A stretch of DNA of 20,009 nucleotides from a virus (taxonomy: Duplodnaviria; Heunggongvirae; Uroviricota; Caudoviricetes). The stretch lies in the IMG/VR virus record IMGVR_UViG_2617270955_000003. One strand, given 5' to 3'. Made by a program: the position numbers and the translations under genes. The notes under the pieces were generated by a model, which was not told the DNA's origin, did not search any database, and worked only from the letters and a program-made list of their open reading frames with translations. Numbering within the stretch: the stretch's first letter is position 1; every line of letters starts with the position of its first letter. This document shows, in pieces, positions 18,078-20,009 of the stretch.

Positions 18078-18084
18078 ATATAAA

Positions 18085-18120
18085 AGCCGCAGTAACTTGC
18101 CATGATAGGATACTGCGGCT
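18085..18120 (+). repeat. Inverted repeat / hairpin downstream of the membrane-protein ORF
   Basis: AGCCGCAGTA ... TACTGCGGCT (10-bp arms, 16-nt loop); no following T-tract, so terminator function is uncertain. Confidence 0.3.
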
Positions 18121-18317
18121 GGCTGGTTAACTTTCGATAGTGCGAGTATTGAATGATTTCCAGCCGTTACTGATTTTATATAACGGCAGTGGAATTATTC
18201 AACACACAGGCAAAACACAGGCAAAACGGAATAAGCTGAGAAAAAAAGCGTGCTTTCCCAATCTGGGGCAAATCACGTCTGAATGACACCTGAAAACAGG
18301 TGGTGGACTCAAGAAGG

Positions 18318-18395
18318 CTTGGAATATTCTTCTTTAATGTTATGTAATTCATTGATTTTTCGTGTACGATTTTAAGACATTTATTCCAAGAAGAA
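18318..18395 (+). promoter_or_regulatory. Candidate integrase arm-type binding sites (P arm): one direct and one inverted CTTGGAATA motif
   Basis: CTTGGAATATTCTTC at 18318..18332 and its inverted relative TTATTCCAAGAAGAA at 18381..18395, upstream of the tRNA-like core. Confidence 0.5.
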
Positions 18396-18429
18396 TTTTT
18401 AACTCTTTGATTTTTCTACTCTGTATCAT

Positions 18430-18491
18430 CGGTCTCGAAAACCGGAGTGGGGGCAACTCCACCGGGGGTTCAAATCCCCCTCTCTCCGCCA
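18430..18491 (+). tRNA. Partial tRNA-Ser(CGA) (serU-like) 3' segment, anticodon stem to CCA; probable att core
   Basis: Anticodon loop CTCGAAA (anticodon CGA), long variable arm, T-arm GGGGG-TTCAAAT-CCCCC, acceptor 3' strand TCTCTCC, discriminator G and CCA at 18489..18491; no matching 5' acceptor/D-arm upstream, so not a complete gene. Confidence 0.75.
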
Positions 18492-18536
18492 AAATTCAAT
18501 CACTTACACATCATTAAGTCAGTGACAAAAATCACA

Positions 18537-18572
18537 CTTGGAATTACTTGGAATATTTTCTTGGAATATTTT
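18537..18572 (+). promoter_or_regulatory. Candidate integrase arm-type binding sites (P' arm): three direct CTTGGAAT(T/A) repeats
   Basis: CTTGGAATTA (18537..18546), CTTGGAATATTTT (18547..18559), CTTGGAATATTTT (18560..18572); they overlap the last about 10 codons of int. Confidence 0.55.
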
Positions 18573-19569
18573 CAGGTAACGGGACATCAAGTGTTGGTGA
18601 AACTTTAACCTTCCTGTCATAGATTAGCACTTGCCCTTCGGTTTTGTGACCAGAGAAAAGTTGCTTATCCCGGCTGCTTCCTTCATAGTCTGAAATTCCT
18701 TTCGCCTTCAGATCATGAAAGGTGAAGTCGGTTAAAATACCTGAAATTTTTCCAGCACGATTTCTTGCATCTACCCACATTTCGTTAAAGCCTTTGTACA
18801 TATATCGGTTGCCGTATTGATTGCTGATCACATAGGCAGATTTTGGTAACTGTTTTGCTTTTTCGATCGCTGCCTGTAATCGTGGACTCCATGCTTTTAT
18901 CTGTTTTTTTCCGGTTTTCCCTTGCTGGATGAATATCCCGTCGTTTCCAATCTGTTCCCATTTCAGCGATAACACATCGGAAACCCTCGCTGCACACAGA
19001 TAGGCAATTTCCATTGCGATAAAAACAGGAAGAGGTGCAACGCTTAATACTGCCTGGTATTCTTTGTCGGTTACATATCGTTCGCGGTTTTTGGCCTTGA
19101 ATTTACTTACACCTGCACATGGGTTAGCCTTCACGTACCCTCGCTCATACCCCCAACTGTAAACACGGGACATACTGCTTTTTTCATGGTTGGCTTGCGT
19201 TTTACTCTGCTCCCCTCTTTTGTCCATGTATCGACGGATGTGTTCTGGTTTTATGGAATCCGCTGGTACCTTACCGAATACGGCAAGCAACTTTTTTTGA
19301 TGTTGCAGATAATCTTTTTGTGTTCTTGGACTAAGGTCACTGTAATAGGCGCTGGCGAGGAATTTTTCCCACAAGCGACCGAATGTCATTGCACGATCGC
19401 GATTATTTACAGTTTCCTCATACTTTTTCCATAAAGCAGCTAAACCATCCTTGATGGCGGTTAGTGTGACAGATTCTCTGGATGTTGGTTTCCATACATA
19501 ACTATATTTATTTGGGTATACATTTGGAGGTAATTTTTCGTGTTCAGGATTTTTCCTTCGTCTTCCCAT
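18544..19569 (-). CDS. int: Tyrosine integrase (lambda Int family)
   Basis: 341 aa; lambda-like arm-binding N-terminus MGRRRKNPEHEKLPPNVY; catalytic-region signatures ...HDLKAKG... and ...GHKTEGQVLIYDRK (candidate Tyr); adjacent to attP; start overlaps the xis-like stop (TGATG). Confidence 0.95.
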   Translation of the reverse strand: MGRRRKNPEHEKLPPNVYPNKYSYVWKPTSRESVTLTAIKDGLAALWKKYEETVNNRDRAMTFGRLWEKFLASAYYSDLSPRTQKDYLQHQKKLLAVFGKVPADSIKPEHIRRYMDKRGEQSKTQANHEKSSMSRVYSWGYERGYVKANPCAGVSKFKAKNRERYVTDKEYQAVLSVAPLPVFIAMEIAYLCAARVSDVLSLKWEQIGNDGIFIQQGKTGKKQIKAWSPRLQAAIEKAKQLPKSAYVISNQYGNRYMYKGFNEMWVDARNRAGKISGILTDFTFHDLKAKGISDYEGSSRDKQLFSGHKTEGQVLIYDRKVKVSPTLDVPLPENIPRKYSK

Positions 19570-19772
19570 CAGATCGCACCAAAATTCGGCTCTACCTCGC
19601 GTGGTGGTAAAGTTTTATTGCAGGTAAATAGATCCCGGCTGACAATCGGTTTGCCACTACGATTGGTATAGAACGGAAGCCCGTTTTCTATTAACCATTT
19701 TCGCTGGTGGCTTGCATATTTGCAGCCCGTTAATATTAGCAATTCATCTTCGGTTAAAAATAAGCTGCTCAT
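19569..19772 (-). CDS. Excisionase-like protein (DUF4224-like small DNA-binding protein)
   Basis: 67 aa, MSSLFLTEDELLILTGCKY...WLIENGLPF...; immediately upstream of and coupled to int, the usual xis position. Confidence 0.7.
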   Translation of the reverse strand: MSSLFLTEDELLILTGCKYASHQRKWLIENGLPFYTNRSGKPIVSRDLFTCNKTLPPREVEPNFGAI

Positions 19773-19789
19773 AGCTATATCTCATAACC

Positions 19790-19815
19790 GCCGCTAACTA
19801 TATACGGTTAGCGGC
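19790..19815 (+). repeat. Perfect 9-bp inverted repeat (GCCGCTAAC-N8-GTTAGCGGC) between the exonuclease stop and the xis-like start
   Basis: Read directly from the sequence; no T-tract on either strand. Confidence 0.5.
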
Positions 19816-19830
19816 AATTAGGGTTGAACA

Positions 19831-20009
19831 TTAAAAATCAGCCTGACTCGGGATCAGTTTTTGCCAGATAGCTGAAACGTATTTTGCCTGGTAACGAGCG
19901 TCATCAAGTGCATTATGGCGCTCACCTTCGAATGGAATAGCCGTTCTGGCATCGAAGTCTATGGCTTTCCCCAGCTCAACGATTGTGCGTACATCGCGAT
20001 CGTTGTAGT
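19831..20009 (-). CDS. DnaQ-like (DEDDh) 3'-5' exonuclease, C-terminal part; 5' end beyond the window
   Basis: Minus-strand frame open from the window edge to the stop at 19831..19833; translation ...DFDARTAIPFEGERHNALDDARYQAKYVSAIWQKL... contains an Exo III-like H-x-A-L-x-D-A motif. Confidence 0.55.
   Translation of the reverse strand, partial: YNDRDVRTIVELGKAIDFDARTAIPFEGERHNALDDARYQAKYVSAIWQKLIPSQADF

Noticed and set aside
18430-18491. Complete tRNA gene
   Set aside because: Only the anticodon stem through CCA is present; the upstream sequence cannot form the acceptor 5' strand or D-arm, so this is an att-core fragment, not a functional gene.

Overview
This window is the late (head-completion and tail) arm of a lambda/HK97-like siphovirus prophage of an enterobacterium (E. 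coli/Shigella-like), running into its attachment site and integration module. Left to right: a 5'-truncated IS1 (insA/insB') that cuts off the 5' part of an HK97-fold major capsid gene; head-tail connector, adaptor, gp10-like and DUF3168 genes; major tail protein; G/GT chaperones with a -1 frameshift site; tape measure; M, L, K, I, J; lom; an IS200-family element sitting between the lom terminator and stf; a mosaic side tail fiber; three small unrecognised ORFs; an attP-like site built on the 3' segment of tRNA-Ser(CGA) with flanking direct/inverted repeats; then int, an xis-like gene and the 3' end of a DnaQ-like exonuclease on the minus strand. I found no CRISPR array, rRNA or complete tRNA and no recognisable defence system. 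The most interesting material is the intact attP, the mosaic receptor-binding ends of J and stf, the two IS insertions, and the three-ORF cargo region between stf and attP. All family assignments come from reading the translations and from recalled lambda/IS1/IS200/serU sequences; no database search was run.
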